From NCBI GenBank assembly GCA_963675595.2, contig CAXXLZ010000002.1, positions 1,856,001-1,920,000 of the forward strand: 64,000 nt of DNA, given 5' to 3'. The notes under the pieces were generated by a model that did no database searches, had not been told where the DNA came from, and saw only the letters and a list, made by a program, of their open reading frames with translations. Position 1 is the stretch's first letter. Each line of letters opens with the position of its first letter. The translations under genes and the position numbers were made by a program. This stretch comes from Thermodesulfobacteriota bacterium (GTDB lineage: Bacteria; Desulfobacterota; Desulfarculia; JACQYL01). Below, piece after piece: positions 10,845 through 20,907 of the stretch.

Positions 10845-12376
10845 GCCGCCTCCGCCTGTCTTTGGAAGGCATTCGTTACCTGTTCCACATCGTCGAAATG
10901 GAGCACCTCGGAGCCCACGAGCTGGTAGGTCTCGTGTCCCTTGCCGGCGATGAGTATCACGTCCCCGGGACGCGCCGCGTCGACCGCCGCTTGAATGGCC
11001 TTACCGCGGTCCCTCTCCACGGCATACCATCGACGGACGGGGTCCGGTTTCTCGTCGATGTTTCGTTTGGGCAGGCCCGTGGGCAGAACTCCGGCCTCGA
11101 TCTCCTCGATGATGGCATCGGGATTCTCACGACGCGGGTTGTCCGAAGTAATGATGAGCGAAGTGCTCAATTCAGCCGCGATCCGCCCCATGATGGGCCG
11201 TTTCCCCCGATCGCGATCTCCCCCGCATCCAAACACCGTAAGCACGGAACGCGGCGCCAGACTCGCCGCGCCGACCAGCACCTTTTCCAGGGCATCGGGC
11301 GTATGGGCATAATCCACTATGGCCGTTACACCGCGACTTCCTCGAACCACCTGCATTCTGCCCGGAACTCCCTGCAGAGCCCCGATCCCTGCTCGGATCG
11401 TCTCCGGAGAGACTCCCATGCACATGGCGGCGGCGGCGGCGGCCACCAAATTGTAGGCATTGACGGGACCCACCATACGTGAGCTCAGGAACAACTCATC
11501 CTCTCCCCGGCAAACCGTGACTTCCAGCCCCTGCAAATCCGCCCTGCGAATCGTTCCTCGAAAATCCGCTTCGGAGGCGAGCCCGAAGGAAAGCATCCGG
11601 CGGCCGAACAAGTCCTTCAGCTCCCTTCCATAGGGATCGTCCACGTTGCACAAGGCGTGCACGGAATCGTCGGGAGCGGCCGTGTCCCAAAGCAGGTGAA
11701 ACAGTCTCGATTTGGCCTCGAAGTAATCCCGCATGTCGGAATGATAATCCAGGTGATCCCTCGAAAGATTGGTGAACACGGCGGTAGAGAAACGGCATCC
11801 ATCCACCCGCTTCTGGTTCAGAGCGTGGGAGGAAACCTCCATGATCACAAGGGAGACGCCGGCGTCGGCCATATCTTTGAGAAGCCGCTGCAGGTCCACC
11901 GATTCGGGAGTCGTGGTGGGAGCGGGGAATTTCCGGCCCCCGTATCGGTAGTCGATGGTGCCGATGACCCCGACCTCGCGCCCCTCGGCGCGAAAAACGG
12001 ACTCCAGGAGAAACGAGGTGGTGGTTTTTCCGTTGGTGCCCGTGACGGCTATGAGCTTCAACCGACGGGAGGGTCGCCCGAAAAACCGGTGAGCCGCCAA
12101 GGCCAGCGCTTTTCTGGCGTCGTTGACGCACACTTTGGGGAGGTCGTCCGCCGGCGGAGTCGTTCCTTCCCGTGCTTGAAAAAGGAGTGCCGAAGCTCCG
12201 CGCTCCCTGGCCTGGGGCCAAAAACGCAATCCGTCGTCCTGCGCACCCTGGAGCGCCGCAAACAGCGCACCCGGAACCACTCTCCTGGAATCATAGGCCA
12301 GTTCGGTGATTTCCGGGTCCGCTACACCGATCTTATCGACGATCAGTTCGGACGGCACCAGTTCCGACAGTTTCAA
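10841..12376 (-). CDS. murE: UDP-MurNAc-dipeptide--meso-DAP ligase
   Basis: TGTNGKTT, TTPES, DYAHTPD, DNPR (meso-DAP specificity motif), AGKGHE. Confidence 0.98.
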   Translation of the reverse strand: MKLSELVPSELIVDKIGVADPEITELAYDSRRVVPGALFAALQGAQDDGLRFWPQARERGASALLFQAREGTTPPADDLPKVCVNDARKALALAAHRFFGRPSRRLKLIAVTGTNGKTTTSFLLESVFRAEGREVGVIGTIDYRYGGRKFPAPTTTPESVDLQRLLKDMADAGVSLVIMEVSSHALNQKRVDGCRFSTAVFTNLSRDHLDYHSDMRDYFEAKSRLFHLLWDTAAPDDSVHALCNVDDPYGRELKDLFGRRMLSFGLASEADFRGTIRRADLQGLEVTVCRGEDELFLSSRMVGPVNAYNLVAAAAAAMCMGVSPETIRAGIGALQGVPGRMQVVRGSRGVTAIVDYAHTPDALEKVLVGAASLAPRSVLTVFGCGGDRDRGKRPIMGRIAAELSTSLIITSDNPRRENPDAIIEEIEAGVLPTGLPKRNIDEKPDPVRRWYAVERDRGKAIQAAVDAARPGDVILIAGKGHETYQLVGSEVLHFDDVEQVTNAFQRQAEAA

Positions 12377-14409
12377 ATCGATTGCTCCTCGCCCAGATAA
12401 ATCCTGCAGTTGCGGACCCCATCGAGAGCGGACCCCGGCGCGGGATCCTGCTTAACGACCACGCCCGTGCCCACGAGTCCCACTTCCATGCCGCGTCCGG
12501 CGAGCATGATCAGTGCGCTTCTCGCATCCAGGCCCAGAAGATTCGGCATGGTTTCCGGGTCCTCCGCCTCTTCGGCCGGAGAAATAACCGGCGAAACCGA
12601 ACGATCGCCTTCCGGGACCAAAGTGGCGGCGGAGTCGATCTCATGTTCAGCCATGTATACCTGGTCGGGCTTGATCCCCAGGTACGGAATCACCTGTTCC
12701 GCGATGTCCTTGAATACCGGTGCCGCCACCAGGCCTCCATAAATCGACTTGCGGGGCTCGTCGATCATGACCAGAAGACTCGCCTTGGGAGCGTCCGCCG
12801 GAAAATAGCCCACAAACGAAGAAACGAAGTTGCGGCCGGAATATCTTCCCGTTTTCGGGTCGACCTTCTGTGCGGTGCCCGTCTTTCCCGCCACCTTGTA
12901 TCCCTCCACGGCCGCCTTGCTTCCGGTTCCTCCGCTTTGCACCACTTTCTCGAGCATGCCGCCGACGATTTTTGCCGTCCTTTCGGATACCACCCTACGC
13001 ACGGGTTCGGTGCCGAAGGTCCGAATGACCTTTCCTTTGGGGTCCTCGAGACGTCTGACCACATGGGGCCTCATAATCATTCCGCCGTTGGCCACCGAGG
13101 AAACGGCCGTTATCAGCTGCAACGGAGAGATGCTCACCCCCTGACCGAAACAGATGGTCGCGAAGTCGATGGTAACCCAATTGCCCACCGGTCTAAGCAA
13201 GCCTCGGGTTTCGCCGGGCAAGTCGATTCCCGTGGGTTCGCCGAAACCGAATCCCTTCAGCCCGTCATAAAGTGCGGTCTTCTCAAGGCGCATGCCCACC
13301 TTGAGCGCTCCGATGTTGCTGGAAACCTGGATGATGCGATCCAGGGTCAGCCATTCGTGGGGATGAGTATCGCGAACCACATGACCCCCCACCTTGTATC
13401 GACCGTTTTCGCAGTAGATGGCCTCATCGGGACGGATGCTCCCGCTTTCCACGGCCATCATCGCGGTGAACACCTTCATGGTCGAACCCGGCTCGAAGCA
13501 GTCCACAACCACTCGGTTCCTGCGGCTGGATGCGGGGAACTTCCAGAAAAGGTTGGGATCGTAGGACGGGAAGACGCTCAACGCCATGATTTCTCCGGTC
13601 CACGGGTCCATCATGACGGCCATGCCCGATTTAGCCCGCTGTTCCACCACGGCCTTGCGAAGCGCGTTTTCCATGCGGAACTGCAGGGTCTTGTCCAGGG
13701 TGAGGACCAGGTTGTGCCCTGCCGGCTGGAACCGTTCCGGCGACTCTTCACGGTACACGGTACGTCCCAATCGATCCCGATAAATGGGAATGCTTCCCTT
13801 CTCACCCCGAAGCTCTCCCTCGAATCGCAGTTCGAGGCCTTCCAACCCCTTGCCGTCGACCCCAACAAAACCCAGCACATGAGCCGCGAGATCACGGTTG
13901 GGATAAACGCGTTTGGTTTCGGGAACAAACCTTAGGCCGGGGACCTTCAGCTTGGCCACTTCGGCCTTCTGCGTGGGCGTCAATTTTCGTTTGATCCAGA
14001 CGAACCAGCGATTCGAAGAAAGCTTTTCAAACGTATCCAGATAGTCCAGATTCAGCAGTTGAGACAGCTGCCGCGCCACGGGCTTGGGATTCTCGATTCG
14101 CTTGGACTCGGCGTACAGGGAATAGACCTCCACGCTCGAGGCCAACTGCCTGCCACGGCGGTCCGCAATATCTCCGCGCTGAGGCAAAAACGTTAAAGCG
14201 CCGGTGTATTCCTTTCTCGCGAGACTGGAAAGATGTTCGGCCTCGTACACTTGGAGGTTCACGGCGCGGACCAACGCCAGAGAGAAACAAATCGCCGCCG
14301 TAACCAGGACCACGGTCATTCGAAAAGCGGCATCGCGTTTCTTCGACTTATTCGGCCGTAAAGCGGTGTCGCGTTTCTTGGTTCTTCTCCTCGGTCTCCT
14401 CCAAAGCAT
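12373..14409 (-). CDS. ftsI: class B penicillin-binding protein FtsI with C-terminal PASTA-like domain
   Basis: STMK (SxxK), SSN (SxN), KTGT motifs; N-terminal TM; C-terminal MPNLLG...QDPAPG. Confidence 0.96.
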   Translation of the reverse strand: MLWRRPRRRTKKRDTALRPNKSKKRDAAFRMTVVLVTAAICFSLALVRAVNLQVYEAEHLSSLARKEYTGALTFLPQRGDIADRRGRQLASSVEVYSLYAESKRIENPKPVARQLSQLLNLDYLDTFEKLSSNRWFVWIKRKLTPTQKAEVAKLKVPGLRFVPETKRVYPNRDLAAHVLGFVGVDGKGLEGLELRFEGELRGEKGSIPIYRDRLGRTVYREESPERFQPAGHNLVLTLDKTLQFRMENALRKAVVEQRAKSGMAVMMDPWTGEIMALSVFPSYDPNLFWKFPASSRRNRVVVDCFEPGSTMKVFTAMMAVESGSIRPDEAIYCENGRYKVGGHVVRDTHPHEWLTLDRIIQVSSNIGALKVGMRLEKTALYDGLKGFGFGEPTGIDLPGETRGLLRPVGNWVTIDFATICFGQGVSISPLQLITAVSSVANGGMIMRPHVVRRLEDPKGKVIRTFGTEPVRRVVSERTAKIVGGMLEKVVQSGGTGSKAAVEGYKVAGKTGTAQKVDPKTGRYSGRNFVSSFVGYFPADAPKASLLVMIDEPRKSIYGGLVAAPVFKDIAEQVIPYLGIKPDQVYMAEHEIDSAATLVPEGDRSVSPVISPAEEAEDPETMPNLLGLDARSALIMLAGRGMEVGLVGTGVVVKQDPAPGSALDGVRNCRIYLGEEQSI

Positions 14410-14420
14410 GAGTTCACCCC

Positions 14421-14762
14421 TCAGTCTTGGACGTCGACGATTTGATTGGGAGTCGGTGTTCGCAATCCCAATTCGGCCACTGAAATGGATTCAAGCCGCT
14501 TGGGCGACTTGAGACTCGCAAGCTCGATTTCGAGCCGCCTCGCCGTCTCTTTTTCCCTATCGATCTGTCTTTCCAGCTCGGAAATGGAATGCATCACAAG
14601 CCGGCAATTCTGACTCAGCCAAACATTGGCAAAGGCCGCCCCCAGAAGAATCAACAGAAAGAGAACGGCCACCACGAAAATGTCCCATCGAAAATCCGTC
14701 CGTGCCGCCGCCGTTCGTTTCGAAGCTGCTTTGCCTCCCGGTCGCGGCTTTCTCCCGATCAT
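14421..14762 (-). CDS. ftsL: cell division protein FtsL
   Basis: Small TM plus coiled-coil protein (LKSPKRLE...LGL) between rsmH and ftsI. Confidence 0.85.
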   Translation of the reverse strand: MIGRKPRPGGKAASKRTAAARTDFRWDIFVVAVLFLLILLGAAFANVWLSQNCRLVMHSISELERQIDREKETARRLEIELASLKSPKRLESISVAELGLRTPTPNQIVDVQD

Positions 14763-15697
14763 AGTTGAAGCCTCTCTGCGGCACGAAGGCGTGCACTGCG
14801 GCTTCGGGGGTTGGCGGCGACTTCATCGGGAGCGGGGTACACCGGCTTGCGCGTGAGGTTACGGAAAAGCGGCACTCCACGACAGACGCACCGGGGGACT
14901 TCCTTGGGGCAGATGCACGAGCGTTCCCAGTCCTGGATGCTCCTCTTGACCAGCCGATCCTCCAAAGAGTGGTAAGAGAGCACCACGAGCCTGCCGCCCG
15001 GAGCGATGCAGGACGGAACCGTTTTCAAGAATTCGGCCAGATGGTCGAGTTCCCGATTCACGGCGATGCGCAAAGCCTGAAAGACCCGTGTGGCCGGATG
15101 AATTTTGGCCTTGGCGGAGGGAACGGCTTCGGTTATCACAAGAGCCAAATCGCCGGTGGTTCGAAAGGGTTTTGTGCTTCTACGCTGAACAATGGCACGA
15201 GAAATTCGTCCGGAGAACTTCTCTTCCCCGTAATCACGAAAGATCCGGTACAACTCTTCTCGGGACGCTCCGTTGACCAGATCCGCGGCGGTGAAACCCT
15301 CTCGGCGATCGTAGCGCATGTCCAAAGGTCCGTCCTTGGAAAAGGCGAAACCCCGCTCGGGGTCATCCACTTGGTAAGAGGAGTAACCCAGGTCCAGGAG
15401 CACCCCGTCCACGGGAGGGAGATTCGACAGGAACAGCGCCTCCTCCAGCCCGGTGTAGCGCATGGCGAACAAAAGGAAGCGGCCCTGGTAGGATTCGAGC
15501 CTCTTGCGAGCCGTCTCCAGAGCGGACGGATCCGCATCCAGCCCCAGCAGAAATCCTCCGGGCCGGGATGCCTCGAGAATGGCGGCGGCGTGGCCGCCTT
15601 CGCCCACGGTTCCGTCCACGTAAATCCCATCCTGCCGAAGGTTGAGATACTGGATGACCTCTTGGGTCATCACGGGCTGATGGACGGCGGAGATCAA
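14759..15697 (-). CDS. rsmH: 16S rRNA m4C1402 methyltransferase
   Basis: HQPVM, DGTVGEGGH, PLDMRYD, SYHSLEDR, NPRSRSARLR. Confidence 0.98.
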   Translation of the reverse strand: MISAVHQPVMTQEVIQYLNLRQDGIYVDGTVGEGGHAAAILEASRPGGFLLGLDADPSALETARKRLESYQGRFLLFAMRYTGLEEALFLSNLPPVDGVLLDLGYSSYQVDDPERGFAFSKDGPLDMRYDRREGFTAADLVNGASREELYRIFRDYGEEKFSGRISRAIVQRRSTKPFRTTGDLALVITEAVPSAKAKIHPATRVFQALRIAVNRELDHLAEFLKTVPSCIAPGGRLVVLSYHSLEDRLVKRSIQDWERSCICPKEVPRCVCRGVPLFRNLTRKPVYPAPDEVAANPRSRSARLRAAERLQL

Positions 15698-15700
15698 GAA

Positions 15701-16141
15701 TCAAAACCCGAAATGCTCGGCGCTCTGCAGGAGAACCGACTCGTCCGCCAGAGCTGCTTGCTCCTTTTCATCCCATTTCCGGCGGTCCCAAATTTCGAAA
15801 TTGCCCATCATGCCGGCCAGCACGGCTTCTCCGTCGAGTTTGGCGTATTCCCGAAGGTTTGCCGGAATCAGAATGCGGCCCTGCTTGTCCGGGGCGCAAT
15901 CCACCGCCGGCGAAATGAAATGTCGGATGAAATCCCGGTATTTTTGATCGAAGGTGGGTAGGGCCGCGGCTCTTTCCTCGATGACTTTCCATTTGTTCAT
16001 AGGAAAAGCCATGAGGCATCCGAGACCCCTGGTGACGACGGCGGTGCCGTCCCCTAGGGTGTTAAGAATTTCGCGGAATCGTGGAGGAACGGCGAGCCGG
16101 CCTTTGCCGTCGACGGTATTGGTCGTCTGCCCCCTGAACAT
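15701..16141 (-). CDS. mraZ: dcw cluster transcriptional regulator MraZ
   Basis: Two DxxGR motifs (DGKGR, DKQGR); first gene of cluster. Confidence 0.97.
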   Translation of the reverse strand: MFRGQTTNTVDGKGRLAVPPRFREILNTLGDGTAVVTRGLGCLMAFPMNKWKVIEERAAALPTFDQKYRDFIRHFISPAVDCAPDKQGRILIPANLREYAKLDGEAVLAGMMGNFEIWDRRKWDEKEQAALADESVLLQSAEHFGF

Positions 16142-16143
16142 CT

Positions 16144-16190
16144 CCCCACCTTCCTGGCCTTAGATGACACTTTTCCCCACGTTTCCCCAC
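16144..16190 (-). promoter_or_regulatory. MraZ operator (GTGGG direct repeats)
   Basis: Minus strand GTGGGG (16190-16185), GTGGGG (16180-16175), GTGTC (16170-16166) in 10-bp phase, plus GTGGGG at 16149-16144. Confidence 0.8.
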
Positions 16191-16195
16191 TGCCA

Positions 16196-16224
16196 AGCAT
16201 AAAGAGACACACCTATAGTGTCAA
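16196..16224 (-). promoter_or_regulatory. sigma70-type promoter of the dcw operon
   Basis: TTGACA (16224-16219), 17-bp spacer, TATGCT (16201-16196). Confidence 0.8.
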
Positions 16225-16255
16225 GGGAAAAGTCGGCCGGAATCGTGGTTTTCGA

Positions 16256-17311
16256 CTAACGAATCTTCTTCTGATGCTTTCTTACGTACCGATTGTGCTG
16301 CGAAAGGGTCTTGGAGAACAGGTGGGCGCCGTGATTCGTGGACACAAAGTAAAGGTAATCCGTATCAGGAGGGTATAACACCGCATGGATCGACGCCTCG
16401 CCCGGAGAGGCGATGGGTCCGGGAGGCAATCCCGTTCGCGTGTAGGTGTTGTAGGGAGTATCCGTCCGAAGGTGTTTCCGGGTAAGGTTCCCGTCGAATC
16501 CGGACACACCGTAAATCACCGTGGGATCGGCTTGAAGCTTCATGTGCCGTCGGAGCCGGTTCAGAAAGACCGAAGCCACCAGCCCCCTTTCCTCTTCCAG
16601 GGCCGTCTCCTTCTCCACGATGGACGCCAGGGTCATCACCTGGTTCACGGACAGGTTCCCTTCCGCGACCCGTTGGGCATACCGGGAAAAGACCTTGCGC
16701 CACTCCCCGGTCATGCGTTGCGCCACGGCTTTGGGCTCCGTATTTCGCGGAAAAAAATAGGTGTCGGGGAAGAGGTAGCCTTCCAGGGAAGGACCGGGAA
16801 TGTCCAGTTCACGAGCCGTCTCGGGAGATAGTGCCATGGAGGCGAACTTCTCCGCATCCGACACCCCGGCTCGCTCCAGAATGCGGCCGATATCCGCCAC
16901 ACCGGCCCCCTCGGGCACCGTGACCCTGGCCAAGTACACGTCGCCCTTTACGAACGTTTGGATCAGCCCTCCATAAGTCAGTCCCGGTTTGAGCAAGTAC
17001 TCCCCGGCCTTTAACTTTCGAGCGTCCCCCGTCAGCACGCCGTGAAGTTCCAACTCCCATGTGGAACTCAGAAGACCCCGCTTCTTGAGGTCGGAAAGGA
17101 TGGCCTTGAAGGAAGTCTGCTTCCTGACGGTGAAAAACACCCCCTCTTGGGGAACGGACAAAGAGGTTTCCAGTGTACGATCCCAATGACGATGGATCGC
17201 CAAGACCGCCGTCAGAAGCACGGCGACCACTGCGGCCGCCACTTTCACCATCCGGTCTTTCCGGCCGGCAATGTTCGCGTCCGAGGTCAAAATCGCGTCC
17301 TCATCCGACAT
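16256..17311 (-). CDS. mltG: endolytic transglycosylase MltG
   Basis: LEGYLFPDTY, LASIVEKE, LQADPT, PYNTY, GLPPGPI. Confidence 0.96.
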   Translation of the reverse strand: MSDEDAILTSDANIAGRKDRMVKVAAAVVAVLLTAVLAIHRHWDRTLETSLSVPQEGVFFTVRKQTSFKAILSDLKKRGLLSSTWELELHGVLTGDARKLKAGEYLLKPGLTYGGLIQTFVKGDVYLARVTVPEGAGVADIGRILERAGVSDAEKFASMALSPETARELDIPGPSLEGYLFPDTYFFPRNTEPKAVAQRMTGEWRKVFSRYAQRVAEGNLSVNQVMTLASIVEKETALEEERGLVASVFLNRLRRHMKLQADPTVIYGVSGFDGNLTRKHLRTDTPYNTYTRTGLPPGPIASPGEASIHAVLYPPDTDYLYFVSTNHGAHLFSKTLSQHNRYVRKHQKKIR

Positions 17312-17353
17312 CGCATGGTTTCCCCAAGAGCGAGGCCATCTAGCGGCAACGCC

Positions 17354-18268
17354 CTAAAGCAAAGCGTCCAGACAAAAACCGGCGGTCATCAGCAAACCCA
17401 CGGCCAAGTGCGTTCGAATGGTCAAGGCCTGGACTTCGGCGATTCCTCGCCGGTCGTCCCGTGTCAGTGCCGGCATGCGCGCCGCCTTTCTCGAAAGAGG
17501 AAAGGCCGCCAGCGTCAGGAGAAGCCAAGGTGAATACGCCGGAAGCAGGGCCAGAAGCAGAATCACCGGATAGGGCAGGTACATCAGGAAAATGTATACC
17601 ACGCGACTCCAAGGCAACCCCATGAGAACAACCAGATTGCGCTTGCCCGTGTCCCGGTCCGCTTCAAAATCGGGAAACTCATTGATCCAAATCACCGCCG
17701 TGATGAGGAATCCGCAGGGAAACCCCAGCCAGAACGAAGCCCAGCGGAGCTCGCACGACAGTACGTAGTCCACCCCCAAAGTGAGCAGCGGTCCGAACGC
17801 CAGAAAGATGGTCAATTCTCCTAGTCCGCGGCTCATGAGTTCCACCGGTCGGATGGAATACAGCCAGCCGGCCGCCAAGCCGAGCATCCCCACAATGAGT
17901 AGTCCGGGAGTTCTCCAGAATCCCAGGGTCAATCCCGCCAGAACCGCCCCGGCCACGAAACCCAACCCCGCGGCCTTGACCGCTTCCCGGCCCAACAATC
18001 CTTCCTGGATCACCCGACTGCCCCCACTGAACGGAGTCACCCTGAGGTTCACCTCGTCCGTTCCAGGTGCGTCGTAATAGTCGTTAAGCTGGTTTGCCGC
18101 AATTTGCAGGCATGCCACGCCGAGCGCCGCCACGAGGAACGGCGCCCATTCGAATACGCCTCTCGACCAGCCGTAAGCACCGGCGACCGCCGTCGGCGCC
18201 AAAGATCCCGTCAGAAACGGCAACCTCATGGATTTGATCAGTCCGATCCATTCTCTCCCCATCTTCAT
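17354..18268 (-). CDS. menA: UbiA-family prenyltransferase, MenA-like
   Basis: RLPFL, NQLNDYYD, FSGGS, NEFPDFEAD..TGKRNL; multi-TM. Confidence 0.75.
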   Translation of the reverse strand: MKMGREWIGLIKSMRLPFLTGSLAPTAVAGAYGWSRGVFEWAPFLVAALGVACLQIAANQLNDYYDAPGTDEVNLRVTPFSGGSRVIQEGLLGREAVKAAGLGFVAGAVLAGLTLGFWRTPGLLIVGMLGLAAGWLYSIRPVELMSRGLGELTIFLAFGPLLTLGVDYVLSCELRWASFWLGFPCGFLITAVIWINEFPDFEADRDTGKRNLVVLMGLPWSRVVYIFLMYLPYPVILLLALLPAYSPWLLLTLAAFPLSRKAARMPALTRDDRRGIAEVQALTIRTHLAVGLLMTAGFCLDALL

Positions 18269-18451
18269 CTATCCCATCCTCTCCTTCCGAGCCTGCCGTT
18301 TCCCCATATTCAAAACGCACCATCGGCGGGCCTCGCCTGCATTGCCCTCATATCCGCGATTTTACGGATATGCTCCTCTATGCCCGCACCACTCGGCCGT
18401 CGTGCCGAGTCCTCTTATCGAAACACCCGCCTCGGCCGGGCCACATCAGCC

Positions 18452-20380
18452 TTACCAAAGCGTCTTCTGTTTGGGTTTCGGCGGCTTGCGCCCCGAACCG
18501 CCGCGTTCCGTCCGAATCCCCTCCGCATCCATCTCATTCCAAAAAGGGGACGGCCGTTGATCCGACTTGCGGCCATGTCGAAATCGGGTCCTGCAGTGCG
18601 TTACGGTGAGCCTCCGTCGCGCACGAGTCATGCCCACGTAAAACAGCCTTCGCTCTTCTTCGAGGTCCACCGGTCCTTCGCCTTCCCTGAGAGGCAGCAG
18701 TCCGTCCTCCGCACCGATGAGGAATACCACGGGGAACTCCAATCCCTTGGCTGCGTGAAGCGTGAGCAAAGAAATCGCGGAGGCCCGATCATCATAGTGT
18801 TCGGACGGGTTCTTGAGCATCACCTGTTCCAGAAACTCCGGCGCCGTCCGTCGAGCGACGCCCGACTGGAATAAGGCGGCACGTTCTCGAAAGAGGTTCC
18901 ACGGTGTGGAGGTCCTTCTCGTTCCGTCGGCACACGCGGTTCGTTCCACACGGGCGAAGAACTCGTCCAACGGGTCCGTTTCGAAAGATGCGGCCAAACG
19001 TGCGGTGTCCTCGTCCGGAAACTCTCCTCTGGGGACCCTCTCCCACCAGCCTGGAATCTTTTCCCGCTCCCGATTCCCCTCTTCCTTCGGCGCCCCGTTT
19101 CCAACGGCCGTATCCCCTTGGGAAAGTCCCGTTCGATAACGGATCCAACTTCCCAAAGCCCGGGTGTCTCCGGGGTTGATGAGGAATTGCGTCAGGCCGC
19201 AGGCCGCTTTGCACAGAGGGTCCCGACTCCAAGGTTCCCGAGCGCTTTCCTTCACGGGAAACCCCGCCCGTTCCAGGGACTCGCGGACGTCCCGCGCCAA
19301 GGCGTGCGTCCGGAACAACACCGCGATGTCGCCGAAGTGACATTCTTCCGCTTCATCCGGGGCTTTCCCGGCCAGTCGTTGCACCGCCAGACTGTGGGTG
19401 CCCCCCAAAAGCCCCTCAATCTCACGCGTGACGAATTCCGCTTCAGCCCGCTCGTCGCCCAGTTCCACCCTGCGGACGATTCCGTCCGTTTTCCGGTGCG
19501 CCGTCAGCTTCTGCGGAATCCTCAGGCGGTTGCACGCGATCACCTTGCCGGCGGAACGAACAATGGTCCGGCCCGACCGGTAGTTGGTGTCGAGTTGCAG
19601 AAGCCGGGCTTCCGGATAAGTGGATTCGAATTGCAGAAAGTGCTCTACGGACGCACCTCGAAAACCGTAAACGGACTGGTCCGCGTCGCCGATGGCGAAA
19701 AGGGTTCCTCGTTGTCCGACCCAGCGGCGGATGAGACGATGCTGCAGGGGATTCAGATCCTGAAACTCGTCCACCAGGAGCCGTATCGGAGTTCCCTCTT
19801 CCTCACACCTTTCAAGAGCCCGGAGTTGCAGGTCGTCGTAGTCCAGGGCGTTCCATTTTTCCAGTGCCTTTCGGTATCCTTCGAACAGGGCTTCCCACTC
19901 GTCGGGCAACGTTTCGGGGACCTCTCCGTTCTTGACGGCGGATATCTTGCGCAGCAACGATTCGGGCCGATAGGAACGTCCCCTGAGCCCCAAATCTTCC
20001 AGCACTCGGGAAAACAACTCTGCCTGATCGTCCAGGTCGAGTATGGTGAACTCCCCGTCCTGCTCCCGTCCCGTTTGCTTTGTTCTAAGCAGATAGGCGC
20101 ACCGGGCATGGATGGTGCCCGCCCAGACGCCCGTAAGATTCGTCGAACCCTCTTCCGAAAGCAGATCCAGACGCGCCTTCAGTTCTTTGGCGGCCTTTCT
20201 CGTGAAGGTCAGCACCACGATGTCGTCCGCCGGAACAGACTCGTTCCGGATGAGGTGAGCAATCCGGTGCACCAGTGTATGAGTCTTCCCCGTACCCGGC
20301 CCGGCCGAAACCAGCACGTAGGGTTCCGAGGCGGTCACCGCCTCCCGCTGTTCCTCGTTGAGTGAATCCGTCCGGTGCAT
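18452..20380 (-). CDS. UvrD/REP-family ATP-dependent helicase
   Basis: LNEEQ, GPGTGKT, DEFQD, GDADQSVYGFRG, NYRS, TLHAAKGLEF, EERRLFYVGMTRA. Confidence 0.93.
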   Translation of the reverse strand: MHRTDSLNEEQREAVTASEPYVLVSAGPGTGKTHTLVHRIAHLIRNESVPADDIVVLTFTRKAAKELKARLDLLSEEGSTNLTGVWAGTIHARCAYLLRTKQTGREQDGEFTILDLDDQAELFSRVLEDLGLRGRSYRPESLLRKISAVKNGEVPETLPDEWEALFEGYRKALEKWNALDYDDLQLRALERCEEEGTPIRLLVDEFQDLNPLQHRLIRRWVGQRGTLFAIGDADQSVYGFRGASVEHFLQFESTYPEARLLQLDTNYRSGRTIVRSAGKVIACNRLRIPQKLTAHRKTDGIVRRVELGDERAEAEFVTREIEGLLGGTHSLAVQRLAGKAPDEAEECHFGDIAVLFRTHALARDVRESLERAGFPVKESAREPWSRDPLCKAACGLTQFLINPGDTRALGSWIRYRTGLSQGDTAVGNGAPKEEGNREREKIPGWWERVPRGEFPDEDTARLAASFETDPLDEFFARVERTACADGTRRTSTPWNLFRERAALFQSGVARRTAPEFLEQVMLKNPSEHYDDRASAISLLTLHAAKGLEFPVVFLIGAEDGLLPLREGEGPVDLEEERRLFYVGMTRARRRLTVTHCRTRFRHGRKSDQRPSPFWNEMDAEGIRTERGGSGRKPPKPKQKTLW

Positions 20381-20676
20381 GGTTTCGCAATCCCGCTGTG
20401 AATAGAAAATGCCGTACACGTTATATCAGAAATCCGCGGTTCCACATAGCTCGTCGTCGGCCTTGGTCACGGATCGATGGTACACGTTCACACGGTGGTG
20501 GGGCATGCAACGGAAACGGTCTCAACCGGGGAAGCATGGGCAAAGATATTTCGTCATCGTTCAGGGGGGGGCTTTGTTACAAGGGGGCGAATAAATGTTC
20601 AAAAGAATGCTGTTGATTCTCTATCCGATACGAGAAATTTCACTCAAATTTCAACTAGCCAAGGGCCATACAGGGG

Positions 20677-20701
20677 GGGGCGGTTCGCGAACCGCCCCTA
20701 C
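20677..20701 (-). repeat. GTAG-type REP palindrome
   Basis: Minus strand GTAGGGGCGGTTCGCGAACCGCCCC; perfect palindrome led by the GTAG guide tetranucleotide. Confidence 0.65.
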
Positions 20702-20907
20702 GGAAGCATCTTTGCCGATTCAGCAGATGTAAGGAACGTTGGGAATTAGTGAGGATACCGGATTTCTTCCTCAGCTTCTCCGTCGGCAAACGTTTGACAC
20801 GCCCCATGTCGAACTCTATGAAATCAGGATAGCATGTCCGAATCCGCAAACATCGTTTCTCACCGGTTTCCAACAATGTTCCCTATTATGGACGACACCG
20901 AATTCTT

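Noticed and set aside
519-15961. Long plus-strand ORFs across the dcw cluster (e.g. 519-1745, 12382-13935, 14765-15961)
   Set aside because: Antisense shadows of high-GC genes with no recognisable motifs
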